A stretch of DNA of 64,000 nucleotides from Veleropilina oligotropha (taxonomy: Eukaryota): the NCBI GenBank assembly GCA_048128005.1, contig JBEUKZ010000084.1:62001-126000 (forward strand), in the 5' to 3' direction. The notes below the pieces were generated by a model. The model was not told where the DNA came from. It made no database searches and saw only the letters and a list, made by a program, of their open reading frames with translations. This document shows positions 18,874 through 30,215 of this stretch, piece after piece (within the stretch, counting starts at the first letter, position 1; each line of letters begins with the position of its first letter). Made by a program: the position numbers and the translations under genes.

Positions 18874-19655
18874 TTCCGCTGTCGCGGAAAGACGTTGTTT
18901 TGCTCCGCAAATATTTCGATATAGGCGCCCGATTTCACGTTAAATCAGGGCGCAGTTTCTGCTTATATAGTATATAAGTAGTGGAATATAACCCTGTGTT
19001 GTGGATCTAAAACACATGTGAATATAAGAAGAGTGATTCTCAAACTTCGAGGAAGTTCTGGACATCAAAGGAAACCGACATCGTCGTCAAGGACGCCGTG
19101 GCCGTTAAAGATGGCCGCTTAGAGGGAAAGTTTCGAGTGTTAGCTGAAATTTCTGGTCGGTATAATTATCTGATATTGTTTGAGACTGCAAACAGGTAAC
19201 TCATTATATTGGATAATTCCTTAACAACGCTATTTGCTGGTTATTTATTATATAAAAAAAAATTTCTAGCGTTGTTAAAAAGGCAGGATCTTTTGATATT
19301 AAGCTTGCGTTAATTTTCTGATATCCTGCCGTGGCTGGGATAATACGCCATTGTACTAACATAAAACATCCACGAGGTTTTCAGGTGTTTTTCTGGGCGG
19401 TTTTTTCGAGGAAATAACCTCCCTTTGTTTTAGTCAATTTGCCGGGTTACCGGGTCGGTCGGGTAAAATATCCGACCTCGGTGTTCCCAGTTCGGGGTTT
19501 TTAATAACGGTATATCGCTTGATCTCTAATCTTCAGATCAGGACAATTCTGTGAGTTGTCGTAGTACTCCCTCCAAGGAAAGAAGTCTCAACTACCATAT
19601 ATATACCTATTTATCTACCCCGTCTACCCACGTCCACCCTCCCGTGTATTTAGCT

Positions 19656-21905
19656 ATGGTCCGGTGCAGTAGCTCCGGGTGTAACCAGAAAATTCACGCA
19701 TTTGATAGGCACAAGGAATGTTGTACTCACCGTAGCTGTAGTATACATCATCAATGTGATCTGTGCTTTCTTCTATCAGATAAGCAGTGGGCAACCCTGT
19801 CTCACCACGGTAAGTCGACCAGGGCGACTGCCACGGTGGGTCCTCCCCCGGAGAAGGGTCAGGAAGAGACCGGTAAGTTACCTAACGTTTCTTCTTTGTC
19901 TGCTTCAGGGACGCTGGACGACAGCCGACACAAGGGGACGTCTGTCGCCGGATCCACCGGCGAAACCTCCGCGACTCTTGGGAGAGTCACCGAAACCTTG
20001 CCGGTACCCAAGATTCAGGTAAAGACCCGAGTGTCGACCGATCCTCCAAAACCGGGCCTAGTAGCTGCAGTCAGCCATACCTTGCCGGCTAGCAAGGTAT
20101 ACATGACAGCGCAGCGAACAGCTGTACAGGGCAGACCATCCCCATCCTTTTCTTCGGCCTCGAAGAATAAGGGGACAGTTAGTCCTTCTGCGGGAAACTC
20201 ACCGTCTTCCTACGGTGACAGACCCAATGCAGAGAAAGCCTTTAAAGAGGCCGGGCACCTACTTGTAGGTCTAAGACTCGGACAATCGGCGAAACCTGAA
20301 TCCTCGGTCGAGAACGATGCGACTTCCCCTAGGGGTTTTCCGCTCAACCTCGAAGCTCACGAGACATTCAGAGGGCCCGGTCTCTCCCGTGCACCCACCG
20401 TGGTCACGCTAGAGAACGTGGACAGACCGGCTGCGTTCGGGACGGGGTTCTACGGCGGTTTTCCGTCCGTGCCTCGCTCGAACAGAGTGGTAGACCGATC
20501 AGAACTGTTGCCGCAGTCCTATCGGTCGTCCGGCCCACTGACTGCGCCTCCGGGCCAGTCCTTCGGGTTCGACCCCTCGACAAGTGCCCGTGGACCCTGG
20601 TCCTCGGTACCACCTGTCCGTGCAGCCCGTCTACCTAGCGCCACGGTTACCTCGACAGAACTACCGGCTGTTAGTTCGTCGCCCGTCCTGCCTCCGGGTT
20701 TCTCTTTTGAGAACGTCCAGGCATGGATCGCGGCGGGGATCGAGGAACGGTGTAAGGCCTGGCCGACGGCTCCCGAGCCGCACCTGGTACCTACACTTCT
20801 GCCCATGGCGCAGAGCACGGCTCCTGCCTCAGTGATAGACATCGACCCTCGTTCCGACGAGGATCTCTGTTCAAATCACACCGACCTCCCTGAATCGGTC
20901 GGGTCCGAAGACATTAGTCTTACAGGCACGCAGGAGCCGACCTCCTCCACCCGCCGAAGGCTCGACGCTGTTGCGTCACTTCGCGGGGTGCTTGGCTTGT
21001 CGGAACCGACTCGGTCGGCTGTAGACGTAGCCAAGCATAGGACGGCAGCACATCGGTTTGTTGCGAGGGAAGCCCCCGAGCTCCCCTCCTTACCTCAGTC
21101 CGGGCTGGTGGATCTTGTTGTAGACTCGATCACCAAGCTCGTTCAGGGGCGCAATCCGGTGGAGTCCTCCCCGCTGAACGAGTTCCCTTCGGGGTTCCGT
21201 AGTGGGAGGTACCTCCGGGCCAGTACTCGAGCGATCCCGTTCGAATGCACTGGCCCGTGCCTGGCGACTGAGCCGGCTCGTGTTGACGCTTCGTTGCGTC
21301 GACTGACCGCCAGTCACACTCCCTCCGTAGCGAAAGTTCCTTGGTCCGCCTTGGAAGCTTTCGAGAGCTCCGCCCGACGGGCTCTGCGGCTATCGTCCGT
21401 TCAGGATTTTTTCCTAGACGGGGCGATAGCCGTATTACAGGAGAATGGACCCGGCGCCACCGAGGCTGCCCTGTCCTTCCTCCAGGAGGTTGCTGCCGCG
21501 CAGGAGACCAGCGCGTTGGAGACGGGACGTGTCCTGGGCAATGCCCTCCTACTTCGTAGGGATGCTTGCCTGGAAGGTACCTCGCTGGACGAGCCCACCC
21601 GGCGCTCGTTGCGATGCGTACCTTGCTCGGCCACCACTCTCTTTGGTGACAACTTCACGGAGTTTGTTGACAAGAGAGCGGCGGACATTAAGGACCGTGC
21701 CATCGAGAAGGCAGTACTGCTCCCCACCCGGGGTCCACCTGCCAACTCGAAGAAGCGCTCCGGGCCCACCCCGGCCCCGAAGCCTTCTAAGCGTGCGAAG
21801 CCCTCTTCGGGTGGTAGGCCTCCGGCCAATAAACCCACTCCAAAGAGGCAAGCACCTCCAGCGAAATCCCGCAAGCAGAGCGGGATAGGGAAGCCTCGGC
21901 CCTAG
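19656..21905 (+). CDS. DIRS Gag-like ORF1
   Basis: ATG 19656. N-terminal Cys/His cluster CSSSGC...DRHKECCTHRSC...CDLC, low-complexity middle, helical NALLLRRD...TTLFG region and basic tail. Confidence 0.85.
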   Translation: MVRCSSSGCNQKIHAFDRHKECCTHRSCSIHHQCDLCFLLSDKQWATLSHHGKSTRATATVGPPPEKGQEETGKLPNVSSLSASGTLDDSRHKGTSVAGSTGETSATLGRVTETLPVPKIQVKTRVSTDPPKPGLVAAVSHTLPASKVYMTAQRTAVQGRPSPSFSSASKNKGTVSPSAGNSPSSYGDRPNAEKAFKEAGHLLVGLRLGQSAKPESSVENDATSPRGFPLNLEAHETFRGPGLSRAPTVVTLENVDRPAAFGTGFYGGFPSVPRSNRVVDRSELLPQSYRSSGPLTAPPGQSFGFDPSTSARGPWSSVPPVRAARLPSATVTSTELPAVSSSPVLPPGFSFENVQAWIAAGIEERCKAWPTAPEPHLVPTLLPMAQSTAPASVIDIDPRSDEDLCSNHTDLPESVGSEDISLTGTQEPTSSTRRRLDAVASLRGVLGLSEPTRSAVDVAKHRTAAHRFVAREAPELPSLPQSGLVDLVVDSITKLVQGRNPVESSPLNEFPSGFRSGRYLRASTRAIPFECTGPCLATEPARVDASLRRLTASHTPSVAKVPWSALEAFESSARRALRLSSVQDFFLDGAIAVLQENGPGATEAALSFLQEVAAAQETSALETGRVLGNALLLRRDACLEGTSLDEPTRRSLRCVPCSATTLFGDNFTEFVDKRAADIKDRAIEKAVLLPTRGPPANSKKRSGPTPAPKPSKRAKPSSGGRPPANKPTPKRQAPPAKSRKQSGIGKPRP

Positions 21906-23979
21906 GGCTGCCGGCATTCGCGACGGCCCCAGTTGCCCGCTCCCGCCGGTGGGAGCGTGCCTGTTAGCACACAGCCAGCCCTGGCTAGAGCTGACAGACA
22001 GCAACTGGGTCCACTTAGTCGTGAGTGCCGGATACAAGTTGGCATTCAACCGGCATCCGACCTTAACCGAGGCACCACCAACAAGACACGCTCGCCTCCT
22101 AAACGGAGAGAAACAAGCGGTCTTAGACCAGGCAGTGCGGGATTTGCTCCTAAAAAGAGCGATATATCCCGCGCCGCCCAGCACACCAGGATTTTACAGC
22201 CATTTCTTCCTGGTCCCGAAACCCGATGGCCGCTGGAGACCGATCCTCGATCTCTCGTACCTAAACCTATATCTTCGTACCGAGAAATTCCAGCAAGAAA
22301 CCCTCTCGAAGATTCGAGCGGCCATCCGTCCGGGCGACTGGGCAGCGTCTATCGATCTCGCCGACGCGTATCTGCATGTCCCGATGCATATCACGGCTCA
22401 TCAGTACCTTCGGTTTATACACGGGGAGACGATCTACCAATTCAGGTGCCTACCGTTCGGTCTATCGTCAGCCCCGTACGTCTTCACGAGAACAGTACAG
22501 GCCCTGGGGGCCTTCCTACACTCTCTAGGGCACAGGGTACATATGTACCTCGACGACTGGCTGATCCTCGGGGCGTCCCGAGATCTGTGCCTCCGGTCTA
22601 CGAGCTTTACCCTGTCATCGACGAAGCGCCTGGGATTTCAGATCAACGAGACAAAATCCTGCTTCGTGCCCTCGACGACGTTTACGTTCCTCGGAGTCGA
22701 CTTCGATACGGTCCGGTACACGGCGAAGCCGACCCAGAAGCGTATGCGGAACCTACGCGCGGTTATCCAAGACACCCTGTCATCGGACATAACTACGGCG
22801 CGACAACTGGCCACTGTCCTGGGGCACATCGAGTCGGTAGCGCCCCTGCTACCGACGGGTCGCATGGACAAAAGACCGTTACAACAGGCTTTCAGGGATC
22901 GCTGGATACAACGGACGGGGCAGTGGAAGGATCGCATCGATCTACGGCATTGGTTTACCGACACGACAGCAGTGTGGTTGAACCCCGCTTTGCCGGACCA
23001 GTCGGTTCCTATATCCCCACCAGAGCCGAACGCTTACCTGTTCACAGACGCTTCGAACGACGGCTGGGGTGGTCACCTCGACAGTTACGAGACATCAGGC
23101 CTATGGCCGACAGACCTTCAGGGACGACATATCAACTTCCTAGAGTTAGAAGCCGTCTACCTGTCAGTACGGTCCCTCTCGTCACATCTCCGCAACAAGC
23201 ATATAATGCTCGCCACGGACAACACGACTGTCGTCGCTTACATACAGCACCAGGGCGGTACACGCTCGCGTCCCCTATGCGACCGAGCAATAGACCTACA
23301 CCGCTTAGTGATGTCCCTCAACTCGACGATTCGAGCCCGACACATCCCGGGAAAGCTGAATGTCAGAGCGGATTCGCTCTCTCGGAGATCACAGATTATA
23401 CACACAGAGTGGACGCTACACAGCCGAGTAGCTCGGGAGGTTTGCCGCCGGTGGTCGCAACCCCAAGTCGACTTGTTTGCAACAGAATTCAATTACCGAC
23501 TACCTCTGTATGTCTCCCCGTACCCAGACCCGGCCGCCCTGGCGGTCGACGCAATGTCAATGACATGGGAGAATCTGTCCGCGTATGCCTTCCCCCCGAC
23601 GTGCATTCTATCACTGGTATTACAGAAGGCAGCGACCGAACGTTGCGAGATAACGCTAATAGCGCCCCTGTATCGCACGCAACCTTGGTTTCCGACCCTC
23701 CTCGATCTGATCGTCGATCGACCGTTAGCGTTACCGCAGAAACTAGACCTGTTAATGCAACCACGCACCCGTGTACTCCACGAGTCGCCGAACCACTTAC
23801 GTTTACACGCCTGGCGGTTATCGAACGATCCCTTGCTAAGAAAGGATTTTCTAAAGCTACAGCCTTACGTATCTACCGATCGAGAAGGATTTCCACTACA
23901 AAAGTCTATGACTACCGATGGGTTAAGTACGTGGATTGGTGTCACAGCAGGCAGATCAATATACTCCGTCCCCCTGTGA
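21889..23979 (+). CDS. DIRS reverse transcriptase-RNase H-DNA adenine methyltransferase-like ORF
   Basis: RT: FYSHFFLVPK, WRPILDL, IDLADAY, LPFGL, YLDD. RNase H: TDAS, LELEAV, TDN, HIPGKLNVRADSLSR. MTase-like: VDLFAT...YAFPP. Frame is open from 21889 with no upstream ATG. Confidence 0.95.
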   Translation, partial: GSLGPRAAGIRDGPSCPLPPVGACLLAHSQPWLELTDSNWVHLVVSAGYKLAFNRHPTLTEAPPTRHARLLNGEKQAVLDQAVRDLLLKRAIYPAPPSTPGFYSHFFLVPKPDGRWRPILDLSYLNLYLRTEKFQQETLSKIRAAIRPGDWAASIDLADAYLHVPMHITAHQYLRFIHGETIYQFRCLPFGLSSAPYVFTRTVQALGAFLHSLGHRVHMYLDDWLILGASRDLCLRSTSFTLSSTKRLGFQINETKSCFVPSTTFTFLGVDFDTVRYTAKPTQKRMRNLRAVIQDTLSSDITTARQLATVLGHIESVAPLLPTGRMDKRPLQQAFRDRWIQRTGQWKDRIDLRHWFTDTTAVWLNPALPDQSVPISPPEPNAYLFTDASNDGWGGHLDSYETSGLWPTDLQGRHINFLELEAVYLSVRSLSSHLRNKHIMLATDNTTVVAYIQHQGGTRSRPLCDRAIDLHRLVMSLNSTIRARHIPGKLNVRADSLSRRSQIIHTEWTLHSRVAREVCRRWSQPQVDLFATEFNYRLPLYVSPYPDPAALAVDAMSMTWENLSAYAFPPTCILSLVLQKAATERCEITLIAPLYRTQPWFPTLLDLIVDRPLALPQKLDLLMQPRTRVLHESPNHLRLHAWRLSNDPLLRKDFLKLQPYVSTDREGFPLQKSMTTDGLSTWIGVTAGRSIYSVPL

Positions 23980-24890
23980 ACAAGTTTATCGAGTTTTTAT
24001 CGTCGCTCTTCGACCGCGGTATGTCAGTGTCCGCCGTCAAAGGCTATCGGGCAACGATCGCGACCACGCTAAAGCAGTGTCGTGCCCATGCTGGCCTATC
24101 AAGCGACCGAACGATATCAGATTTTATACGATCTTATGAACTCGAGATACCGACCCGAAGAATTAAGCCACCTGCCTGGAATATCGTACTTATTCTTAAC
24201 GCATTACTCTTACCCCCGTATGAGCCGATGTCCGAGATAACCATGAGGAACTTGACGCACAAAACAGTTTTTCTGATCGCCTTAGCGTCGGGCAGGCGTT
24301 GTTCCGAGATTCATGCTTTCTCCTCCGAGCTAAGAGACATACGATTCCAGTCAGACGGGTCGGTGATACTGCGTCCCATTCTGGGCTTCTTAGCCAAGAA
24401 CCAGCGGCCGAACGAGGACGCACCCGATGTTGTTATTCCCAAGCTAACGCTAGTCGGAAGGCGCGACGCAGACCGCTTCAATTGCCCGGTCCGGGCGCTT
24501 CGGTTCTACCTAGACAGAACCCGTGAGTTGCGACAGGGAAAATTACGTTTATTCATATCGTATTTGCCCACCTACACCCGCGACATTACGAGGACTACTG
24601 TTTCGCGGTGGATTTCACAGACAGTGAGAGATGTATACATCCGCTGTGACAACGAAGACCGAACTATTTTATCGGTACGCGCACATGAGGTCCGGGCTAT
24701 TGCAGCGTCTGTAGCCTTCCGACATAATTTAAATATCAATGCGTTACTACAGGCCGGATATTGGAAAAACGCTAACGTGTTTGTCAAACATTATCTGCGC
24801 GACTACTCAACCGGGGCTGATGGCCTAAGCAGTTTACACTGTGTTGCTGCACAAAGGGTTATTGTTAGACCGAGGTCTTCTAATCAGTAA
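21933..24890 (+). CDS. DIRS tyrosine recombinase (YR domain from ~23800; true start unknown)
   Basis: ALASGRRCSEI (R), HEVRAIAAS (HxxR), YW and FVKHYLRD (catalytic Y). Confidence 0.92.
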   Translation: MPAPAGGSVPVSTQPALARADRQQLGPLSRECRIQVGIQPASDLNRGTTNKTRSPPKRRETSGLRPGSAGFAPKKSDISRAAQHTRILQPFLPGPETRWPLETDPRSLVPKPISSYREIPARNPLEDSSGHPSGRLGSVYRSRRRVSACPDAYHGSSVPSVYTRGDDLPIQVPTVRSIVSPVRLHENSTGPGGLPTLSRAQGTYVPRRLADPRGVPRSVPPVYELYPVIDEAPGISDQRDKILLRALDDVYVPRSRLRYGPVHGEADPEAYAEPTRGYPRHPVIGHNYGATTGHCPGAHRVGSAPATDGSHGQKTVTTGFQGSLDTTDGAVEGSHRSTALVYRHDSSVVEPRFAGPVGSYIPTRAERLPVHRRFERRLGWSPRQLRDIRPMADRPSGTTYQLPRVRSRLPVSTVPLVTSPQQAYNARHGQHDCRRLHTAPGRYTLASPMRPSNRPTPLSDVPQLDDSSPTHPGKAECQSGFALSEITDYTHRVDATQPSSSGGLPPVVATPSRLVCNRIQLPTTSVCLPVPRPGRPGGRRNVNDMGESVRVCLPPDVHSITGITEGSDRTLRDNANSAPVSHATLVSDPPRSDRRSTVSVTAETRPVNATTHPCTPRVAEPLTFTRLAVIERSLAKKGFSKATALRIYRSRRISTTKVYDYRWVKYVDWCHSRQINILRPPVNKFIEFLSSLFDRGMSVSAVKGYRATIATTLKQCRAHAGLSSDRTISDFIRSYELEIPTRRIKPPAWNIVLILNALLLPPYEPMSEITMRNLTHKTVFLIALASGRRCSEIHAFSSELRDIRFQSDGSVILRPILGFLAKNQRPNEDAPDVVIPKLTLVGRRDADRFNCPVRALRFYLDRTRELRQGKLRLFISYLPTYTRDITRTTVSRWISQTVRDVYIRCDNEDRTILSVRAHEVRAIAASVAFRHNLNINALLQAGYWKNANVFVKHYLRDYSTGADGLSSLHCVAAQRVIVRPRSSNQ

Positions 24891-25726
24891 GTATTGTTCT
24901 CTGATTGATCATTTGCATATTTACTGACGCCATTTTATTTTTGTTGGCCAAACGGTGCTATGTAATTAACACCTATGGGGCAGTTCAATGTCTGTTCATT
25001 TCTTAAATCTAATTTAAGATTTTGTACTTCTCATGTCAGACCTGAGTGTTGACATAAGCCAGATCACATTGAATTTAATAAAACAACTTTGATAATTTTG
25101 CACAAATCTTAAAAAGATTAGGGTTCAATATTATTATGTTCTTCGCTGTAATCGAACATACGATGTTCAATACATTTTAAAATGTTGATTCCTTAACATT
25201 TATTTTTAAGTAACATGTCGAACATTTTTGCTTCCTTAAAATTTATTTTAAGTGACATGTCGTCCATGTTAGCGTTCCCTAGTTGGTCATGCGAACTACT
25301 TATTAATATCGATTATTATAATAATCTATTAATTCTTTGCTTTTGATTTTAAAGCTTTCACAACCTGTTAGGTTCCGTGTGCTTACAAATCCGACTGCAT
25401 CCTCTGGCTACCGGCCTATAGGCCCGGAGTCCCATTTGGCTGCCACTGGTCCATGACACGTAAGACCTACAGGGATTTATCCTTCCGGCCGTGCCAGGGG
25501 CTGATTGCACTTCCGTTCACCTCGTCCGACTAACACCACGGCGTATTCTCCCGGTAACACTGGTCGAAATTCTCGCCTGGTAAGAGTAGAATATAATACT
25601 CAGTAAAAATTCCACTCTAGGCGGACACACTCGACGCTTCATGCTGATCGAATTGGTGAAAAGTAAGTCATTATCTTGTTTGGGTTTGTTGTAAGGAACG
25701 TCTTACCCACCTATCCAAGGTTATTC

Positions 25727-25817
25727 TGGCAAGAGTAAGGACGTAAGTATGTTTGTAACTATATATGAGGTTTTAATGTAAACCTAATATTAGTATAAAA
25801 CATACTTACGTCCTTAC
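25727..25817. repeat. DIRS internal complementary region (ICR)
   Basis: TGGCAAGAGTAAGGACGTAAGTATGTTTGTAACTATATATG is complementary to the left end; AGGTTTTAATGTAAACCTAATATTAGTATAAAACATACTTACGTCCTTAC is complementary to the right extension. Confidence 0.95.
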
Positions 25818-25877
25818 ACGATTACCCACCCTGCGTTTCGCATTCCTCCCCTCTACTACGTTCCTTTGGGGTTTTTG

Positions 25878-26118
25878 AACTTTGAATTGAGGTCTTAGGA
25901 CTTCTATTGTTCAGAAGTCTCGCGAGACTTGGCGAAGTCTCACTAAGGAACGTGATGGGATAGGAGCAGGGGAGGTAACCGTGTGCTTTTTTGGCTTATT
26001 AACGGTGCATTATGGGACATATTCACCATTTCCGGTTTGGGCGATAATATACTATTATGGCAAGAGTAAGGACGTAAGTATGTTTTATACTAATATTAGG
26101 TTTACATTAAAACCTCAT
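25878..26118 (-). repeat. DIRS right ITR plus 3' extension
   Basis: 25878-26085 is the inverted copy of the left ITR; 26086-26118 is the extension matched by the ICR. Confidence 0.95.
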
Positions 26119-27713
26119 TTTGTGATATTTCATTATGACTCTGAAAGTGAACTCTATCTACATTCAGGAATAATTAGGTTGAATAAAGGATTTAAAGTTA
26201 ATGGGGTGGCTAGGTCGAGTTGATGACAGTTGTCACCGCCAGAAGTGACTCCGACAGTTCACCTGGCTGCCGTTCTTGATAAAAATCCTTCTCGATCAAA
26301 GTCTGTTTTCTTGATCAATCGTGTTGTGAGTTTTACGATAAAAGTTTGTCGACCTAAAATTGACTGAAATTTTGTTGACGCGGTCATTATAGTACATGTA
26401 TTGACATCAATATAAATTCAAGCTACCTGCATTATTACGGATTTAATGCATTTAATATCCGCATCAAGCACTGCTTGGGTCATATTATATATATGATAAC
26501 CGATACCCATAGCAAATAAACCAACTTCAAGCTACATTCCAATGAGTGTTGTGAATATCATAAGGAACACTCTAACTGATTTATCTATAGGCAACCTAGT
26601 TTGCTTGTTTCTGAGTGAAATGAGCATGTTACTAGCTATAGGACAGCTATTTAGCATCATGGATAACTTGATGGCCTGTTGGGGGAGTTATCTTTGAGGA
26701 TCCACTCTCCAGTGATAACTCCCTGAGCAGCAGGTGCCCTCTTCTGATAGATTTACTACTGATAGGTGGATGGCTTGGATATGTGTGCGTTTCAATTCTG
26801 CAGTTGGACTTCCTTAATGAGTTCCACACACATGTCATACACTATCTTAATGTTTCTTGGTCTAATGCACGCTACATATAGATTTTCTGAAATTGTCAGT
26901 ATTAAACACTAAGAGATTTCATATTTCACAGCTGTTAGGGATGATCAGTATGTGCATGATATGTTATCAATTACATTTGTAGCAGTAATATTTCCACATG
27001 TATGCATTTTTCAAGGTATGATCATATCATATACATGATACACTGTTGTCTATTGCATATTGCATATTGCATATTACATACTATTCATATGTACTGTATA
27101 TGAAATCCAGCTGTTTGAATCTAATATTAATACCAGTGTAAATTCTTAATGTTGATCATTTGATTTTGGTATTGTTTGGATCTATTAAACACTCTTTTGG
27201 TCCGAGCCAGGAGCGGTCCAAATTGGCAATATATGGTTAAACCTGGCCACCACAGCCAATTGAGGACCGCCGTCACCGTTGACTTCACAAAGTCTCTGAG
27301 CCAAGGTTGGGAGCCCAAAACTGTGAGAGCAGGCAATCAGTATGAATGAATGTAGAATGACACCTTGAACCCATTCTGCCACCCATTCTCAGTGTATTGA
27401 GTCAGCTATGATTTCAGATCAACCAACCATGGCAAGGATAGCAGCGCCTTATCCTGCCTGTATTTCAATAATGGTTATAGATATGAAGATATGTTGATAA
27501 AATTATATTTTGTACATGTAATTTTAATAAACTTTCCGAAGTTTCTTCATTATTATCCCTTGCAAGATGGATATATCAGGAAATGCGGAATTCCTACATT
27601 ATTTGAGACATCATAATTAATATCATAAAGTTATAAATAACGATAATATGTATATCAAAATAACAAATTCATGTCATCCATTTGTATAGTTAAAGGGTTT
27701 AACTTAATATTAA

Positions 27714-29633
27714 TTATACCCCTGTGCTACGAAGTAGCTGGGGGTATATAGTGTTCCGTTCGTCTGTCTGTCCGTCCTTCCGGTCATTCGACTTTGTCCG
27801 GAGCATATCTCCAAAACCGTACATGCTAGCTTCATGAAACTTCATCCACTCAATAACTAGCTTGAGTACTTGTGCCTTTTGGTATTTTCAGGTTTCTGAA
27901 ATTTTACAAAAAATGGCGGATATAAGATTGACATAGACTAGAATGGAGGACACTTTTGTCCGGAGAATATCTGCAAAACCGTACAGGCTAGCTTCTCTAA
28001 ACTTAGTATACACACTGACTAGGTTGTGTAGATGTGCCTTTTGCTATTTTCAGGTTTATGAAATTTTTATTTTTTTAAAAATTGCTGATGTAAGTCTGAC
28101 ATAGACTACAATGAATGAAGCCAATGAATGGAGTATGCGACGATTTTGTCTGAAGCATATCTCCAAAACCATAGGGGATAGCATCACGAACCATGGTACA
28201 CACATTAGCTAGGTTGAGTAGTTGTGCCTTTTGATATTTACAGGTTTTTGAAATTTTTATTTAAAAAAAATGGCGGATATAAGATTGACATAGACTACGA
28301 TGAACGAAGGCACCGAATGGGTTATATGTCTGGAGCATATCTCCCAAATTATACAGGATAGCTTCACGAAACATGGTACACACATTAATTAGGTTGAGTA
28401 CTTGTGCCTTTTGCTAATTTCAGGTTTCTGAAATTTTATTTAAAAAAATGGCAGATATTAGTTTGACTTGGACTATAAAGGATGACGCCTTTGTTAAGAG
28501 CATATCTGCCAAACCGTACACGCTAGCATATCAAAACGTGGTACAAACATTAACTAAGTTAAGTGGTTGTGCCTTTTTCTGAAATTTTTATTTTTACAAA
28601 AAATGGCATATATAAGATTGACATAGACTATAATATGCGACACTTCTGACCGGAGCATATCTCCCAAACCGTACCAATTATCTTCACGAAACTTGGTATG
28701 CACACTAACTAGGTTGGCCGCTTTGGCAGTGCAGTGGGTAAGAGTGTCCACTCTAAATTCACTGGTTTGATTCCGCTAATGCGAACAGTAGTGGGTTCAA
28801 TACCTGGCTGAGGCATTGACATTTGTTCAAGTTATGAATCACAGATGTCCTCGACTGGCCGAAGAGGGCGGGTTTACTCGGGCGTCCTGGGTTTCCTCCC
28901 GCGAAAACATGGACATGTCCTGCCTTGAACCTCGATGTTGTAAATATACAGGACATTAAGCATCATTCCTCCCTCCCTAACTAGGTTAATTAGTTATGTC
29001 TTTTGCTACTTTTACATTTCTGAAATTTATATTTTAAAAATTGCTGATATAATTAATATTGACCTGGACTACAATGATCAAAAACACCGAACAGCGAGTG
29101 CACATTTTTTTTTAATAATACTTTAATTTGTAGTATTGAAATTTAATTATTGAAGTGTAACTTTATTTCTTTTATTTACTTATCAAGTTATGTAAATATT
29201 ATGTATGTACGATGAAAGGGATGTGCTTATCTGTAAGACTTGCTCACCATGATTAGGTACAGTAAGCTGTTAAGCTTATTCGTCACTCTGTGGAGCTGAG
29301 ATTATCAAACATGAATTGAATGGATATTGAAAACTGACTTCGTCATTGATTTATTCCATGGGTATCTTAAAATGGAATTGTATATTGCCACTACAAGAAC
29401 AGACTGTATGTCCAGTGTCTAATATCACTCTCTTCAACTGACCAGGGTTCATATATAATTGAATCCCCAGGCTATAGTCGGGGACAGTGACTAAGGTTTA
29501 GTCATCATTTTGTCGCAGCGTCGGCAGAGACTTCTTATTTTTTAAAGAATAATGGCGGATATAACATTGACAGACTATAATTATTGAAAGCACCGAACGG
29601 GGGTATGTAAGCTGTGCTTACTTCTTTCTTGTT
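27714..29633 (+). mobile_element. Helentron-type non-autonomous element (HINE/pearl-like) with internal satellite array
   Basis: 5' TTATACCCC.. hairpin, GTCY microsatellite, ~170-190 bp tandem repeats (TTTGTCCGGAGCATATCTCCAAAACC), then 3' GGGGGTAT + short palindrome + CTTGTT. Confidence 0.75.
28716..28976 (+). mobile_element. tRNA-derived SINE with 11-bp TSD
   Basis: A box TGGCAGTGCAGTGG, B box GGTTCAATACC, GGGTTTCCTCCC core, (CCCT)n tail. TSD CTAACTAGGTT at 28705 and 28977. Confidence 0.85.
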
Positions 29634-30215
29634 ATGAAGGTTGCATTTCATTGTTAGCTAATTGTTAAGACTGCCTACAGATCATAACAATGACAATGCT
29701 CACAGTCGATGTATGAGATTAGCCACATTAATCTAATGTGCAAAGAGTTATCTACCCTGCATAGCACATCTTGATGCGCTAGAGCTAGGATACTACATTA
29801 TTATATTATTATATCCCAAACCAACAGTCAAATCCAGTGCTGAGTTACGTGTATACAATTGACAATCCGTCCAATCCCCAGTTTGGGGAAAGATGTTAAA
29901 CCGGATAAGAAGAAGAGTTATTCACAGCTAGGTCAATGCCAATAGTAAAGTAATTTTTCTCATATGTGTAACAACAAATGAATTCTTGTTGGTATAATCA
30001 TGATTATAAGCTTTTATCAGCACTTCTTAACTTGTCGGGTAGTGGCCAATATGTTATTCATAACTTAAGCTAACACTTTCTGCATTCTTTGGGCCTCAGT
30101 TGTTGTGTAGTTTTGTAATTGTTGCAAGCTGTGGCAGAAATCAACGTTCACAGTAATGGAGTTCTCTAGATGCCTAACTTAATTCTTCTCTTACCAAACT
30201 TTCCTGTTATTTCAG

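Larger units (their letters stand above)
18653..26118 (+). mobile_element. Full-length DIRS1-type tyrosine-recombinase retrotransposon
   Basis: ITRs, internal complementary region, gag, RT/RNaseH/MTase and YR ORFs; CAT trinucleotide at both ends. Confidence 0.97.

Noticed and set aside
25370..25640. Structured GC-rich block in the DIRS 3' UTR, possible ribozyme
   Set aside because: Could not fit HDV-like or hammerhead topology by eye.
28716..28815. tRNA gene (also 47803, 51774)
   Set aside because: The A/B boxes belong to SINE heads followed by core, tail and TSD; the cloverleaf is degenerate.
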